A stretch of 64,000 bases of DNA from Eledone cirrhosa (GCA_964016885.1 OZ024740.1:241800001-241864000), one strand, 5' to 3'; counted from the first letter of the stretch, positions 1-13,651 are shown. Notes: generated by a model not told the origin, from the letters alone. Numbers and translations are program-made.

Positions 1-93
1 AAGTACAACGGAAATAAAATGTCTTGCTCAAGAACAAAACGCAACCTCATGATTGCGAATCCAATTCTCTAACCATTAAGATACGTGCCTTCA
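1..93 (-). mobile_element. Partial tRNA-derived SINE (family B), 5' head
   Basis: Similar to 52335-52455 and 46510-46612 (gaaataaa.tgtcttgctcaagaaca...gattgcgaatccaattctctaacca). Confidence 0.6.
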
Positions 94-1229
94 ATTATAC
101 TATGTAATTATATATACATATCTAAGTGCGTGTGTGTGTGTGTGTGTGTGTATGCGTCTTCTCCATCTTTCCTCCACATTAAGCTTGCCATGCAACTTTC
201 TCGTTGATCTAAAATAGAAAAAACTCAGGAATTTATACAATTTCTATAATGCCGCGCAAGGAACAATGCAAAAACTGAAGTATTTAGTTCTGTATCACAT
301 TCCTGTTAATGTTACGTTGCACTGAAATAATAGAATGTCCAACCATTCATCCAATCAGTGCAAAGAACTCTCTATCCTATCCAGCCACCGTTCACTTCAT
401 CATCAAAATTAAGGCTTTTCAATAGCTAATTTGTTCGAAATTATTCACAGTAGCACAACGCATACTGTTTCATTGCAACTACCCAGGTCATTGCATTGAC
501 GTCAAACAGCCAATAAAAAGTATCAAAGTAAAAACTAAATTAAAGTTAATGATCACTAAACCGTATTAGCAATTATTGTAGTAGTAATTAAGCACAGTAT
601 GAGTAATAATTTGTTTATTATGTTATAATTAGGAAATACACTTTCATAGTGTTATGAAGATAAAAGATGAATTTCGCAGTTGAAAAGATGCCAGATTATT
701 GCGTGTAGGTTTCCAGATAAACAAATTAGCTAAATGAATTGTGATGCATCGAATTACGGGTTTCCCTTAAATGTTTCCAGAGATGTTTGCAGTAGAATTG
801 AAGTCAGGTCAATGTGTTCATATTTTTATTGTTTATCTCTAGGTCAACATAGGTTAAGCAGACCTTTAAGAAAAACGTGTCACTTTCACCATAGTTTCAG
901 ACCATGCATTATCTAGTGTGTTATGTTTATAAAGTTGGTATTGTCTGATTAGAAGAGAATTTACCTATTTTTGGCAGGTCAAGTAATCACCTAAATACAC
1001 CTTTGTTAACGCTTTTAAAAGTATAAATTCCTGTTCGTATAAAATATTTTCACTGTGTAAAGAAAACTTCCAAAAAGCAGGGATTTACAGCATCTGCGAC
1101 TGTTTTCAGGAGACTAAGAACAGCTTTGAAGGATTAGAAATTGTGTTAAAACAATTTGTATACGATTTCACCCTTCATTGATCTAGGATGTATGAGCTGA
1201 ATTTCAGTACTATGTAATTCATCATTCTC

Positions 1230-1540
1230 AGTCCTCCCAAGGCCGCCCTAAGTCGGGATCTATTGATCCTATCCTGTTATCCTGTGCCGCTCTCATCCTT
1301 ATAAAGCCCATAAGCTTTTCGATGCCATCCATGCCTTCGTTTCCGGTTCTGCTTTACTCGTCTTCATGAACCTATCACCTGTTTCCATTTGTTCGAATCA
1401 CACGTCCTTCACACTTACATTTTCCCTTCTTAATTGTTTTTATGATATCATCTTCCTTTGCTATCTTATCCATATAAGATCCACATTACTATACTTCTTT
1501 GTGTTGTTCTAAGTTTCTACTACTATTAGCAAATTAAACC
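1230..1540 (-). mobile_element. Highly decayed RTE-like LINE 3' fragment
   Basis: Minus-strand translation pieces LRTTQRSM, DDIIKTIKKGK and AAQDNR resemble RTE C-termini; many stops. Confidence 0.35.
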
Positions 1541-1549
1541 AATATTTCT

Positions 1550-1739
1550 GGCCTGTCAACTCTCCCCGTCCCATGGGGAGATATCTCACCCACTTTGGGG
1601 TGAGTGAGAGTTGTCTTCACTTGTGAAAATGGGTATAGCTTTCATTATGTAAAATCTCCCCATTTCTCGTCATTTCTCCCCGTTTTGGGGCACTTTTTAC
1701 GGTACTCCCCGTTTGGGTATTTAGAGGTTGGCAGGTCTG
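1550..1739. mobile_element. Small MITE-like DNA transposon remnant
   Basis: Imperfect terminal inverted repeats (ggcctgtcaact / ggttggcaggtctg) and internal repeated ctccccgt motifs. Confidence 0.4.
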
Positions 1740-1762
1740 GTATTCGATAGAATTTATAATAA

Positions 1763-1875
1763 TTGTTTCTACTTTTGGCACAAGGCCAGCAATTAATCCA
1801 TTGTATTACTGACACTTTATTTTATTGACCCCGTAAGGATGAAAGGCAAAGTTAACGTCGACGGGATTTGAAATA
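1763..1875 (-). mobile_element. Partial tRNA-derived SINE, family A (Nin-domain-like core)
   Basis: Shares the core gaccccgtaaggatgaaaggcaaagttaac with about 8 other copies in the window. Confidence 0.75.
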
Positions 1876-2431
1876 ATGAAACAAAGATCTGCTATTTCAT
1901 TCATAGAAAGATCTAAACCAACTGTTCTATAATAATTCCTAGATTTTCGAAAAAAATGTTTCAATGATATCTTTAATAACTGATACAAACAGCCATTGTT
2001 GGTATTTTAAAACCAAGGCAGCATTTTCAACAACTCAGCCTTTATTTTTCATACGCTGCGTTTTACCGCATACTTCAACCTGACTTTCATCGAAAATGAG
2101 TCGTTCATAATATACTTCTCTTTAGATTGCTTCCACTTTCTTCTGTATTCTATTATTCTATTACTGGGTTCAGTCATTCGAGTGTGATCATGCTGAGGCA
2201 CTACGTACATTTGTATACACATAACTTTATAAAGATCCATGTATGTACATATAAAGAAAAAAGAAGAATAGTTACATTGATAGATAAGTAGGTAAATAGA
2301 TAGATAGGTAGATAAGTAGGTAAATAGATAAATAGGTAGATAGATAGCTATTATATTCCTAGTACTCATCCAAAATCTCTGGCTTTCTCTCTCCTAATCT
2401 ATTGACATACGTAGACACAGACACGCACGCA

Positions 2432-2699
<268 letters not shown>

Positions 2700-2812
2700 C
2701 TCTCTCTCCCCCTCTCTCTCTCCCTCTCTCAAACGTGAAACTAATACTAATGTCATTTGTACTACCTCTCTGTTTTTTGTTCTCTGTTCATTTATTAAAC
2801 TATATATATATA

Positions 2813-2964
2813 CGCTAATTCTGGACACGTCCAGAATTAGCCGTCGAAGCGGCTTGAGCTCAGCCGTCGGGGTCCTACTCGTTCCTATTACCCACTCTAC
2901 TACCATAAGTATTGAGTACTTTGGTGCGTTATGGTCCATCTGGTTCCTTATCACATTTCCTTCG

Positions 2965-2966
<2 letters not shown>
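2813..2966 (+). mobile_element. Short TA-flanked element, family P, carrying the 3' half of an HHR
   Basis: Matches 35029-35160, 50410-50600 and 62934-63123; hairpin gctaattctgga-cacg-tccagaattagc, then gaag-cggct..agccg-tc. Confidence 0.75.
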
Positions 2967-3015
<49 letters not shown>

Positions 3016-3098
3016 AAGTTTTATTTAAATTGTTGGGTTACAACGAGTAAATATTTATAACTGATATAAAAGCACTCAACAAGTATTTGGAGTATATT

Positions 3099-3467
3099 TA
3101 CGATATTAAATAAATGGAAACTATATTTATAAAACCATATTTATTTCATTATATATATTTCAGGGATATCATATTAAAAATATGGTATGCCTTCATCAGA
3201 CAAAATACAATATAAACAGTCTTATAAATAGATAGATTTGACATACCTTACAACTTCAACTTCCATTCAACTTCAACTTCAACTACCAAATCAACTTTTT
3301 AAATGGAAGTTGAAGTTGTAAGGTATGTCAAATCTATCTATTTATAAGACTGTTTATATTGTATTTTGTCTGATGAAGGCATACCATATTTTTAATATGA
3401 TATCCCTGAAATATATATAATGAAATAAATATGGTTTTATAAATATAGTTTCCATTTATTTAATATC

Positions 3468-3470
<3 letters not shown>
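3099..3470. mobile_element. Fold-back element (about 170-bp inverted arms) ending in (TA)n
   Basis: 3099-3267 is the reverse complement of 3302-3470. Confidence 0.85.
3362..3427 (+). ncRNA. Minimal type-I hammerhead ribozyme (mirror copy on minus strand at 3142-3207)
   Basis: tattttgt-CTGATGA-agg..cct-GAAA-tatata-TA-atgaaata; stem I is 8 bp with 2 GU pairs; stem III is palindromic. Confidence 0.65.
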
Positions 3471-3527
<57 letters not shown>

Positions 3528-3794
3528 TTAATTTATTCTTAAATTGAGTCTAGCAAACCCTATTGTCTGTAGTTAGTATTTTTTTCACCTTAGCGATTTT
3601 GCTCCATTACGATTTGAACACACATATATATATATATGTCTGTGTTCGTTTTTCCTTTTTGTTCAGTTATATATATATATGCATATGGTGAAAGCGAGAG
3701 AGAGAATGAGAGAGACAACAGCGTATTCCTACATTAAGCGCTAACAAAGAAACACTTACACCTCTCATTTTTCTTTCTCTCTAACATATATATA

Positions 3795-3839
3795 TTCCTG
3801 ATGATTTCTTTCGAATGAAACAGCTCTAGTCCTGTAGAA
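3795..3839 (+). ncRNA. Type-I hammerhead ribozyme candidate
   Basis: ttc-CTGATGA-tttc tttc gaat-GAAA-cag..ctg-TA-gaa; GUA cleavage triplet; stems are short. Confidence 0.55.
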
Positions 3840-3850
3840 GCCATCTATAT

Positions 3851-3893
<43 letters not shown>

Positions 3894-3939
3894 GTATATA
3901 TAATATATAAGATCAAAAGATGGTTAAATGAGTTCCATG

Positions 3940-4010
3940 TATTTTATTATGCGCATTTCAAAAACAAATATCATCATGCAATAACGTTTGTGTTTTCATC
4001 AGATAAAATA
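3940..4010 (-). ncRNA. Minimal type-I hammerhead ribozyme
   Basis: Minus strand reads tattttat-CTGATGA-aaacacaa..ttgttttt-GAAA-tgcgca-TA-ataaaata; homolog of 36591-36660. Confidence 0.75.
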
Positions 4011-4066
4011 GGAAGACATGATATGAAGGTTAAAAACACTTGTGGATAGTGCAGTTTTAAATCAAC

Positions 4067-4129
<63 letters not shown>

Positions 4130-4199
4130 GTGTCCCCCAAAATGTGTACACACTTTCATTAGAATTCTGTTGAAGTGTGTGTGTGTGTGTGTGTATTTA

Positions 4200-6625
4200 A
4201 TTATCCACGTCATTTACTACAAGGGAGCCATACCAGGTAGGTACGATTCGTTGGTCATTGATGAATAACTTGTTCAACGTGTGCCGATGAAAGTGTTTAC
4301 TCATGGGGAAAAAAGGAGAAAAAGAAGAGAAGTGTGTCAAACGAAGGGCAGACAATCCGGATGATGTAGGGTAGACAATTTGGCCTAAAAAACTAAAAGT
4401 GTGAGCAAACGCTAAATTAATAGTTAAAAATTATGACTAATAATTATGTGGGGATGGGCTAGAACGAAATCGATCAGTTAAGAAAACATCTATCGGTTAA
4501 GAAAGATATAAATCGATATTAAGGCCATTTCTTCAAAAGGTACTTAGAAACATGAACATATCCCGAGAAGAAATTCGTGCGGGTGTCAAGTGAATCGTTA
4601 TTGTTGTGGAGATTTTTCAATATCCACCATTTTTCTTAATTACATAATCTTCAGGGCTTGAGCCCGTTTATATATGGTCGAGATTTTTCTAGTATATTCC
4701 ATCTCATGGAAAGGTCAATGTTCCTATCTTTGAGTTGCCATATTTTATTTGCCAAATTTGTGGTGTTTCGTTTATTGTGGTATTTGAAGGTCGTTTCGTG
4801 ATTGAAGCGGTTTTGAAACCGGCTCTCTGACATACCGACGTATGTGTTGGTTTAATGGGGAGATCTCAGCTTCGTATATTATTGCTGAGGTGTTGCATTG
4901 TCGGTCCCGCGGTCATGATTCAGGAACATCCATATATTTTGGGGCTCTGTTATTTATGCAGGAGTGATTTCATGTTCCTGGCACAGGAGTACCCAATTTT
5001 GACCATATAACTGTTAAAGATCAGGTGGCATTTGTGTTTTGGGGGGAAGTATGTATGTATGAGGGCTAAAGACTTCTTTCCGGCATTAGTTTCGGCATTT
5101 AACGAGAATTGGACCAACTGGTAATATTCAACGACCGTAAAACTCTCTTTTCAACAAGTGGTAGGTCTGGATAAAGAAATCCGCGACAAATGACTGCTTT
5201 AATGTCCTTATGGAATCGTTTGACAGCGTAGATATTTGCGATTTGGTAGGGCTCTTTATTCTGGACACCTTACGCACGAAGTTCTCAGGTTTAAGACTGG
5301 TTTATACCTTGACTATGGTCAGGCTATTACGAGGCATGACCTCGAAACGTTTTGGAAATAATTAATCTCCACGTTTCCAACCTCACTCGTATTAACTTCT
5401 TAGGCTTCAACTTAGACCTATGTACACATACCCACAAACCATTCCATAAGTCTAGTGAAAACCTTAGATACACACACAAGGACTCCTGCTACCCACCTAT
5501 AGTCTTCAAAACTGTAGTTAACAATATTAGTAGACGGATTTCTAACCTCTCTTATAACAAAGCCATGTTCGATAAAGCAGCCCCCTATTATAATACAGCT
5601 TCACGAAATAGCGGCTGCTCTGAGATATTTCATAATTTCCAGGTCATTCCCCTAATACCAATAGGAAAAAACCAAGAAAAGAAACAGAAACCTGGTTCTC
5701 TCCACTTCTCGTTAAATGTCAAAACTAATGTTGGAAAGAAGTCTTTAGCCCTCATAGATATACACTTCCCCTTGATCTTTAACAGTTATATGGTCAAAAT
5801 TGGCTACTCCTATGTCAGGAACGCGAAACCACTCCTCCTGCATAAATAACAGAGCCCCAAAATATATGGATGTTCCTGAATCATGCCCGCGTGACAGACA
5901 ATGCAACACCTCAGCAATAATATACGAAGCTGAGATCTCCACATTGAACCAACACTACCAGTACGAGTCCTGGAAATACGTCGATATGTCAGAGAGCCAG
6001 TTTAATCACGAAACGACCTTCAAATACCCAAATAAACGAAACACCACAAATTTGACAACTAAAATATGGCAACTCAAGACAGGAGCATTGACTTTTCCAT
6101 CAGATGGAAGATACCAGAAAAATCTCGACCATAAATAAACGGGATCAAGCTCTGCAGATTATGTAATTAAGAAAAATGGTGGATATTGAAAAATCTCCAT
6201 AACAATACCAATCCACTTGACACCCGTACGGATTTCTTCTCGAGATGTTTTCATGTTTCTAAGTACCTTTTGAAGAAATGGCCTTCTTAATATCGATTTA
6301 TGTCTTTCTTAACCGATAGATGTTAACTTAAATCGATTTCGTTCTAGCCCCCCACCCCCTCCCATCCTCCATAATTATTAGTCATAATTATTAACTGTTA
6401 ATTTACTGTTTGCTCGCTATTTTATTTTTTTTTTTACAAATTGTCTCCCATTCACCATCAGGATTACCTGCCCTTGGTTTGACACTCTTCTCTTCCTTTT
6501 TTCCCTTTTGGCTCCCATGAGTAAACACTTTCCGGTTCATTTTCAACGGCACAGGATGAACAAGCTGGTCATCAATGACCAATGAAACGTACCTACCTGG
6601 TATAGCGTCGTTGTAGTAACTGACT
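4200..6625 (+). mobile_element. Decayed Naiad-like Penelope-like element with a 5' inverted copy of its 3' end
   Basis: Peptide pieces DICDLVGLFIL, NFLGFNLDL, NVKTNVGKK, GYS[C/Y], CP..QC..AIIYEA, FNHETTF..TNL..KIWQLK, CRLC..EK and CFH match Naiad-type RT thumb and GIY-YIG motifs. About 4200-5115 is the reverse complement of about 5700-6625. Confidence 0.75.
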
Positions 6626-7278
6626 TGAATAATTATATTCAAACTCGCCCTATGCACTTGAGTTGCTCTGCACGTTGAATCCTTAATGTACCTATTACTA
6701 GTATACATACATATATATATGTATAAATATATATATACATATATATACTATTATTCATTCATTCTCTTTTCCGTTGTTCTCCTTCCCTTTACCCACCCTT
6801 ATCCCTTTCATCAACACATGACTATTCACAAATAGGATTCGTGTCTATAAATGTAAACCCTTAACTTACCATATGTTGAAAGATTTAGTATTCCTTGGCT
6901 TACCATATGTTGAAGTGTATCTTTAATATTTTATTTCCGGCACACATTGGGTTTAATGTTGTGCAAAATATATTTTTCTGAATTACTTTAATTTTGCAAG
7001 AAGAATGACGGAGAGGAAATGTAAATAGTGATTATGAAAAGAATGTGAAAGAGGAAATATATTTGGTGATTATGTTATGGCTAAATATAACCTATCTGAA
7101 AAAATATCACTGTCACACTTCTCAGTTTTTTACTGTTTATAATATATAAGAGATTACTCGCCCATCTATTTTCCCGCTCATTCAATAGATTGTGTTGTTT
7201 TCCCTCTGTTGTTTATTTCAATCTGTTTTATCTGTGTTGTCCATAAATTTCGATCACTTGATACTATTGGAATTATCT

Positions 7279-10200
7279 GAAGGTGGCAGGGCGGTGGCAA
7301 CGAGTAGTCTTAGAGCTATGCCGTCGGGAACTTCGGTTCCTGGTAGGGCCACCCAAGGCGGATTGGTCTGGCACTCATCGGTATTAGGGCCGCAACCCGG
7401 CAAAAGGGACTCTGGTGAAAATCCAAGAGGTGTCTGTTCCGGCAACCGGCGGCTTCGGGTCGTTTCTGTCCCTTCGTCTGTGGAAAATCTGCGGCAAACA
7501 GGACGTTTTTTCCCCTCGTTCGGGATATACATGCGGGTTGTTTGGGAACCGCTTGTGAATTCACTACTATCATGACACTTCTTCCATGAATCCTACAAAT
7601 ACGAACTATGAATACGAATTGCCTTCCCGCTACGAACGCAATGCAAAGCAACAGCGCTCCTTCCGCTATGGCTCTACAGACTACTCCCGCAGTAGTCCCG
7701 CTCTTCAGACGAAGGAAGGAATTGAGGGTGGCGTGCTGGAACGTCCGAACACTTCGTGACGACGGTATCCAGGCACTTACAATGAAGGCTCTGCACAGGT
7801 ACTGCGTTAATGTCGCTTGCCTTTCAGAAGTTCGACTTCCCGATGCTGGTCATCTTCCGATCAAAGTTCCTGGCGAGGACATCTCCTACCACACTTGTAC
7901 CATAGTGGCCTGACTGACAACAGTGGCCTTCACGGCGTCGCTGTAGCGCTCAGCCCCGACGCGCAAGCGGCTCTGCTGGCGTGGTAGCCGATCTCACACC
8001 GACTTGCGCTGATTCGATTGAAGGGTCAAATCTCCAACGTCAGCGTAATTGCCGTCTACGGTCCCACACTCAATGCAGACGAGGAGGACAAGACGCAGTT
8101 CTATCCCGATCTCCAAACAACCGTGGATGGCGTCCCCTCCAGTGGTGTTCTCATTGTCGCTGGCGACTGGAATGCGCGGACGGGGCCGGATGATGATACA
8201 ACACGACATATTCTAGGACGCTTCGCCCTAGGCGTACGCTGTGACAATGGTGAACGGCTCGTGTCCTTCGCGGATGCCAATCGTCTTATCGTCAACAACA
8301 CCCGGTTCCAACATCCTTGGCGTCACCTCGTCACGTGGCGATCCAATGACGGAAGAACGGCCAATCAGATTGACTACATTCTGGTCAGATCTCGGTAGGC
8401 CAGCTCAGTGATGGACTCGCGTGCGAATCGAGGGGCTGATACGGGCAGTGAGCATAGGTCAGACCATACTATTGTTCGAGCAACCCTTCGTCTGCGGCTG
8501 CAGGTGAAACCTCCTCCCAACCGCCAGAAAAGGATCGACATCTCGCGACTCAAGCTCGATGCTGGAAATGCTTTCCGGCTAGAGCTGCGAAACCGATTCC
8601 AAATGCTGAGTAACGAAGTGGAACAGCAACTGGAGCAGGAGTGGAACGCTCTCAGGGCGGCGACGGTTGAGGTGGCCAGAGAGCATCTCGGGTCAACCCA
8701 AAGACGCCATCGGGACTGGATCTCCGGCGGCACTCTTGAACTCACGGAGAGGGCGAGAGTGGCCCAACTCGAGGGTGCACCCAATCTTCGAGATCTCCGA
8801 CGTCGCACAGCTCGGGCTATTCGGGCCGATCGGAATGCACACTGGCGCGAGTTTGCAGAGCAGACGGAGAGGGCAGCAGCCTGTGGTGACTCGCGCAAGC
8901 TCTACCAACTGGTGAAGCGGGCCAGCCGAGGTAGTACGAGTATCAGTGAGACGATCCGTGATCGGAACGGGGCGGTCATTACCAATCTTATTGACCGGCT
9001 AGTCCGATGGCGACCCATTTCTCCGAGCTGCTCAACCACCCGCCACCACCCACGCCAACCTACGTGCAGCTTTCTGGAGAAGAATACGGGGACAACACTG
9101 CTCCTCCAACGCTCGAGGAGGTACGTAGTGTCCTGACACTTCTCCGGAACAACAAGGCGCCGGGCGAAGATGGCGTTCCAGGCCGAGCCTGATATCTTCG
9201 CAGCTTGGGTCCATCGAGTCTTCTCCTCGGTGTGGACGACGGAGCGGTTCCCTGGTGACTGGAGCGAGGCAACTCTCCTACCCTTCTTCAAAAAAGATGA
9301 CAGGAAACTGTTTTCCAACTACAGGGGTATCAGTTTAATTGACGTTGCTGCCAAAACCTTCGCAATTCTTCTGCTGAAGAGGTTTCAGGCCATCCGGGAT
9401 GTCCGTACCCGTCCTTCTCTTCAATCTCCGGCGTGTCCTGTAACAACGGTGGGCATATCAACAGCCTACCGTCCTCTGCTTCATCGACTTTGCAGCTGCC
9501 TTCGTCTCGGTAGACCGGGAAGCCCTCTGGCGTATAATGCAGGCGGACGGCATCCCAGTGAAGCTGCTTCGTCTCATACAAGGCTACTACCAGTCGACTC
9601 GTGCTCGAGTGAGGGTCTATGGTGGGGAGACGGAGTCGTTCGATGTTGGGACCGCTGTTCGCCAGGGGTGTGCGCTATGGCCAACTCTCTTTAACTACGC
9701 CATTAATTACACTCTCAACACAGCGCTCCGGGATTACCCGGGCGTAGAGGTCGTGAGGGGGTGGGGGAGGTCGTGGTGACAGAGCTAGCCTACGCGGATG
9801 ACATTGTGCTGATGGGCGCTAACGGGACAGATGTATAGGGTGCTCTCAAAAGGGTGCACACTGCAGCCGCCACTGTTGGTCTACGAATCAATGCCGCCAA
9901 GTCGAAAGTCATGACGTCACTGGTCTCGCCTGATGCTTGGCAGCCAATATCTCTCGAGGGAGTGGACCTGGAGGATGTGGAGTCCTACGTTTAACTGGGC
10001 TCAACAGTGGTTCAGGGCGCAGCCGAGGTCAAGCGTCGCATAGGTGCTACCAGGCCCGCTTTTGGGCGCCTCCAGCGGTGTCTGTGGGACAGAAGAGAGA
10101 TCACCTCGGTGACCAAAGGGCGAATCTACCAGGCCATCGTTCTCACTATCCCCGTCTATGTCTGTGAAACATGGCCTATAAGGGTAGTCGATCAACGAGG

Positions 10201-10655
10201 GCGGGAGGTTTTCGACAATGACTGTCTCCGCCACATTCTTCGCTGCTGACACGTTGATCGGGTACCTACCACCAGTCTTCGTCTCCGCCTGAATCTTCGA
10301 CCCCTTCTTTCAGTGCTTCTGCAACGGCGCTTGAGATGGTTTGGTCACGTAGCCCGGCGCCCTGAGGGTGAGCTGATGCGCGATGTATCCTCCCACCTCC
10401 ACTCCCTAACTGGCACAAGCGCGTTGGCGGGCAGCTGAAGACCTGGGCAACGACGATCAAGGAGGACCTCTCCGAACTCTCAGGTCTGCAGGTGGTCGGC
10501 TTGCGCCGATGGAACGGTGACTGACTCGCTATCTCCAGTGAACTAGCCAGAGACCGTCGTGCGTGGGCTGCCATGGTTCGGGATGCCGTCAGGACAAGGG
10601 AAGAAGCCGCCTCAACCCGTCCAGGGTGAATGTCGACACAAGTACAAGTAGTAAG
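7279..10655 (+). mobile_element. Full-length, decayed RTE-clade LINE (APE endonuclease plus RT)
   Basis: Motifs ACWNVRTL, GDWNAR, IDYILV, SDH, NYRGISL, VRQGC, LAYADDIVL and CETW; 3' short repeats acaagt; 14-bp TSD tattggaattatct (7265-7278) / tatttgaattatct (10656-10669); several stops and frameshifts. Confidence 0.93.
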
Positions 10656-12544
10656 TATTTGAATTATCTCTATTACGCGTTACTTTTATATTTAAATCTA
10701 CAAGAATCTATGTACCAAATATTTGGATAGTCTTACGTGATCGAATTTTCTCTGCCTCACTAAATTATATATATGGAATACGACCATTTCGTTTTCTTTT
10801 GATGAACCACACTTTGTGGCAGTTAAAATGCCATTGAACATATGTCTGCTCGACTAGCCTGAACCAGAGCTAATGAACAACAATACCTTCATAAAACCTA
10901 TTATCAATCAAACATTATTGAAGTATTAATAATTTGTATTAGCTGAATTATTTAGTATAGTACTTAATATAATTTGACACCGAATATTACGAACAGCTTT
11001 AGATCTACCTTTCTAGATATATTTAAAATTGTCAAAATATACGCTGTTTCTTTTCTGCAATTAACTGACCTAATAAAGTTATATTCACATATCTATTAAG
11101 TGTAAAGGAATTTGCACCGAAAGAATGTTGAAGAAGAAAGACCGAAACAGCAAATGTACGGCGAAAGGAGAAAAGAAATAAGATAAGAAAATAAAGAGAG
11201 ACAGAAAGAATAGGAAACAAGGAAGTGGAGTGAGGAAAGTATTCTTATATAAATCATACCAATGAATGTCTTTTATATGGTTTTTTAAAACATGTCACTT
11301 ATTTGTGAGTAAATCACGACCAACAAAGATCCTAGTATAGAAAGAATTAACTTTCAAGTTATTACTGTAGCTCTTTCAGTGGTGAATAGCGCATTGTTGA
11401 AATTAATATAATTGGTATTCCACTGAAATATATAAGAATTCATAACTTTGATAATTTAATGTTTCTTACAGTTGTACATTATCGTCCTGTGACTAAACGG
11501 AAGGGAGTGTCATTTAGAAAGTTATTTTATAACAACTTGTTTCGTTGTCGATAATTATGTTGGGAGTTTTGAGTAAAACTAAAATTGAAATATACGAAAA
11601 TGTATTTCAGACGTAAGTCTGCGCTGAAAATAAATAAATACAAATTGAACATTTGTAGCGTAGAATTATTTCATTTTAACTATTATATAGGAAAAATCAT
11701 TCTAAAAAACTTTATACTACACTGTGTTACACCAAGAGAAAGAACATGAATCAGTTTTAAAGGCAGTAGGAAGATTTGGCGATTGATTTTAGCAGTTCAA
11801 TCCACAGCGTAGGGATTCCAGTATAGGTATATCGGGAATAACATATATGTCAGCAGAAACTATACGTTCAGCCTATTTGGTCTGCTCGATCTGAGTTCGC
11901 CTTTGACTACAAAACAACAAACGATTTCTATAATCTACAATGTTAGGTAAACAATAACAACAACCACAGCAACATCCAAAGAGCAACATCATTTTTCCGT
12001 ATGTTTTAAAGGAGCTGATATTCTGACTTTAATGCTCTCTAATGTTATTTATTGTTTTATAAAAAATATCACAACCCCCAAATTAGTGAATTCGGTTTCG
12101 TTTTACTATATTATAAATAACAACGTATGTTAAATTCTCTCCATGCACTGCGTTAGGTATAGTTAAGTCTCATATATTAAATACAGAGATTTTTGCTATA
12201 ATATGTAAAATACGTTGTGAGATTACCAACCTACAAATGATGAGCTGACAAGTGATATTGACAATATTGCCAACCTTTTCAAAAGCAAGCGCGCTAAATT
12301 AGGGTGAAAGGTGCGCTAAAAGGGGCATTATTCTGTTAAAAGGTACTAAGATAAAACGTATTAAATATAACAGCCACGTATTGGTTAGATAGCAAACATT
12401 GATATTAAAATATTTAAAATATATTTAGAAAAATATAAATATAATTGATCTTTATTTAATTGAAATGGAAGAATTCTGAATTAAAGTTTTCTGCCAAAAC
12501 ATGGAATCTGTTGTCTTTTTTCTCTTCTCGAGTCACATTATATG

Positions 12545-12672
12545 TCCCTTTATGATCTGAGTTCAAATCCCGCCGAGGTTGACTTTGCCTTTCATCCTTA
12601 CGGGGTCGATAAAATAAAGTACCAGTAATGCACTGGGTAATTTGCTGGCCTTGTGCCTAAAGTAGAAACAAT
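12545..12672 (+). mobile_element. SINE family A, partial
   Basis: B-box gagttcaaatcc followed by gcctttcatccttacggggtcgataaaat. Confidence 0.8.
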
Positions 12673-13154
12673 TATATGTATCTATTGTCTCTATTTTCTT
12701 CAAGATATCCTTCGACAATTCGTAACTGGGGAATCATTTATCATTACATTTTTGACCATATTTTACGGATAAAATGTGTTTCTCACCACTTTTAAACTTA
12801 TACGATTATATAATTTTCAATTATGGAACTATGTACTCTAAAAGACAGTATCAACAATAGAAAGATCAACGGAAACATTGCTTCCATGGTCTTTATAACG
12901 ATATACTTCTTCTCCTTTTAAAGATATTTATCAGAGTTGTTAATTTGTTCAGATTTTTGCTTTGCCTGATTATATAAATTCTTGCTTTGCCCTAAATTGT
13001 GGTGGAGTAGTTCATTCACTGTATCCCAGGCCTATTATATTCTTTTATGACCTTTTGTCGCATATCAGGTGTGATTAAAACGAAACGTCCTCACAAATAT
13101 TACTTGCCAGAATTGTAAATATACATACATGCATGTATACACCCACAGTACAGT

Positions 13155-13487
13155 TGTGGTTAGAGCATTGGGCTTGCAATTGGGAGGTTGTGAATTTGAT
13201 TCTCGTACCGGGTGGTGCATTGTGTCTTTGAGCAAGACACTTTATTTCACGTTGCTCTAGTTTACTCAGCTGAAGAAACGAGTTGCAACGTCACTAGTAC
13301 CAAGCTGTACCGGCCATTGCCTTCCCTTGGACAACATCGGTGACGTAGAGAGGGGAGACTGGTATGCATGGACGACTGCTGGTCTTCCACAAACAACCTT
13401 GCCTGGATTTGTGCCTCGGAGGATAAATATCAAGGTGCAAATCCCATGGTCATTCGTCACCGTAGGGGGTCTTTACCCTCTTACCCT
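13155..13487 (+). mobile_element. tRNA-derived SINE family B
   Basis: Decayed A/B boxes, core tgtgtctttgagcaagacactttatttcac; homologous to 46310-46612. Confidence 0.75.
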
Positions 13488-13651
13488 ATATATATATATA
13501 TATATTTATTTAGGTTTGTTGGTTCACCACTGGATAGAACTGGTCATTCCGTATGGTCAACCTCGATGTAATATTATGGAGAGCACTCAACGTAATGCAA
13601 CTCACCCGTCTTCGTTTGTGTAGTAGGTGGTGCGAGTACGGAGTTAATTAT

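Noticed and set aside
6450-6605. HHR or SECIS in the Naiad-like 3' region
   Set aside because: Only GAAA-cgtacc-TA is present without CUGANGA; the ATGA hairpin lacks a clear SECIS quartet and apical AA.
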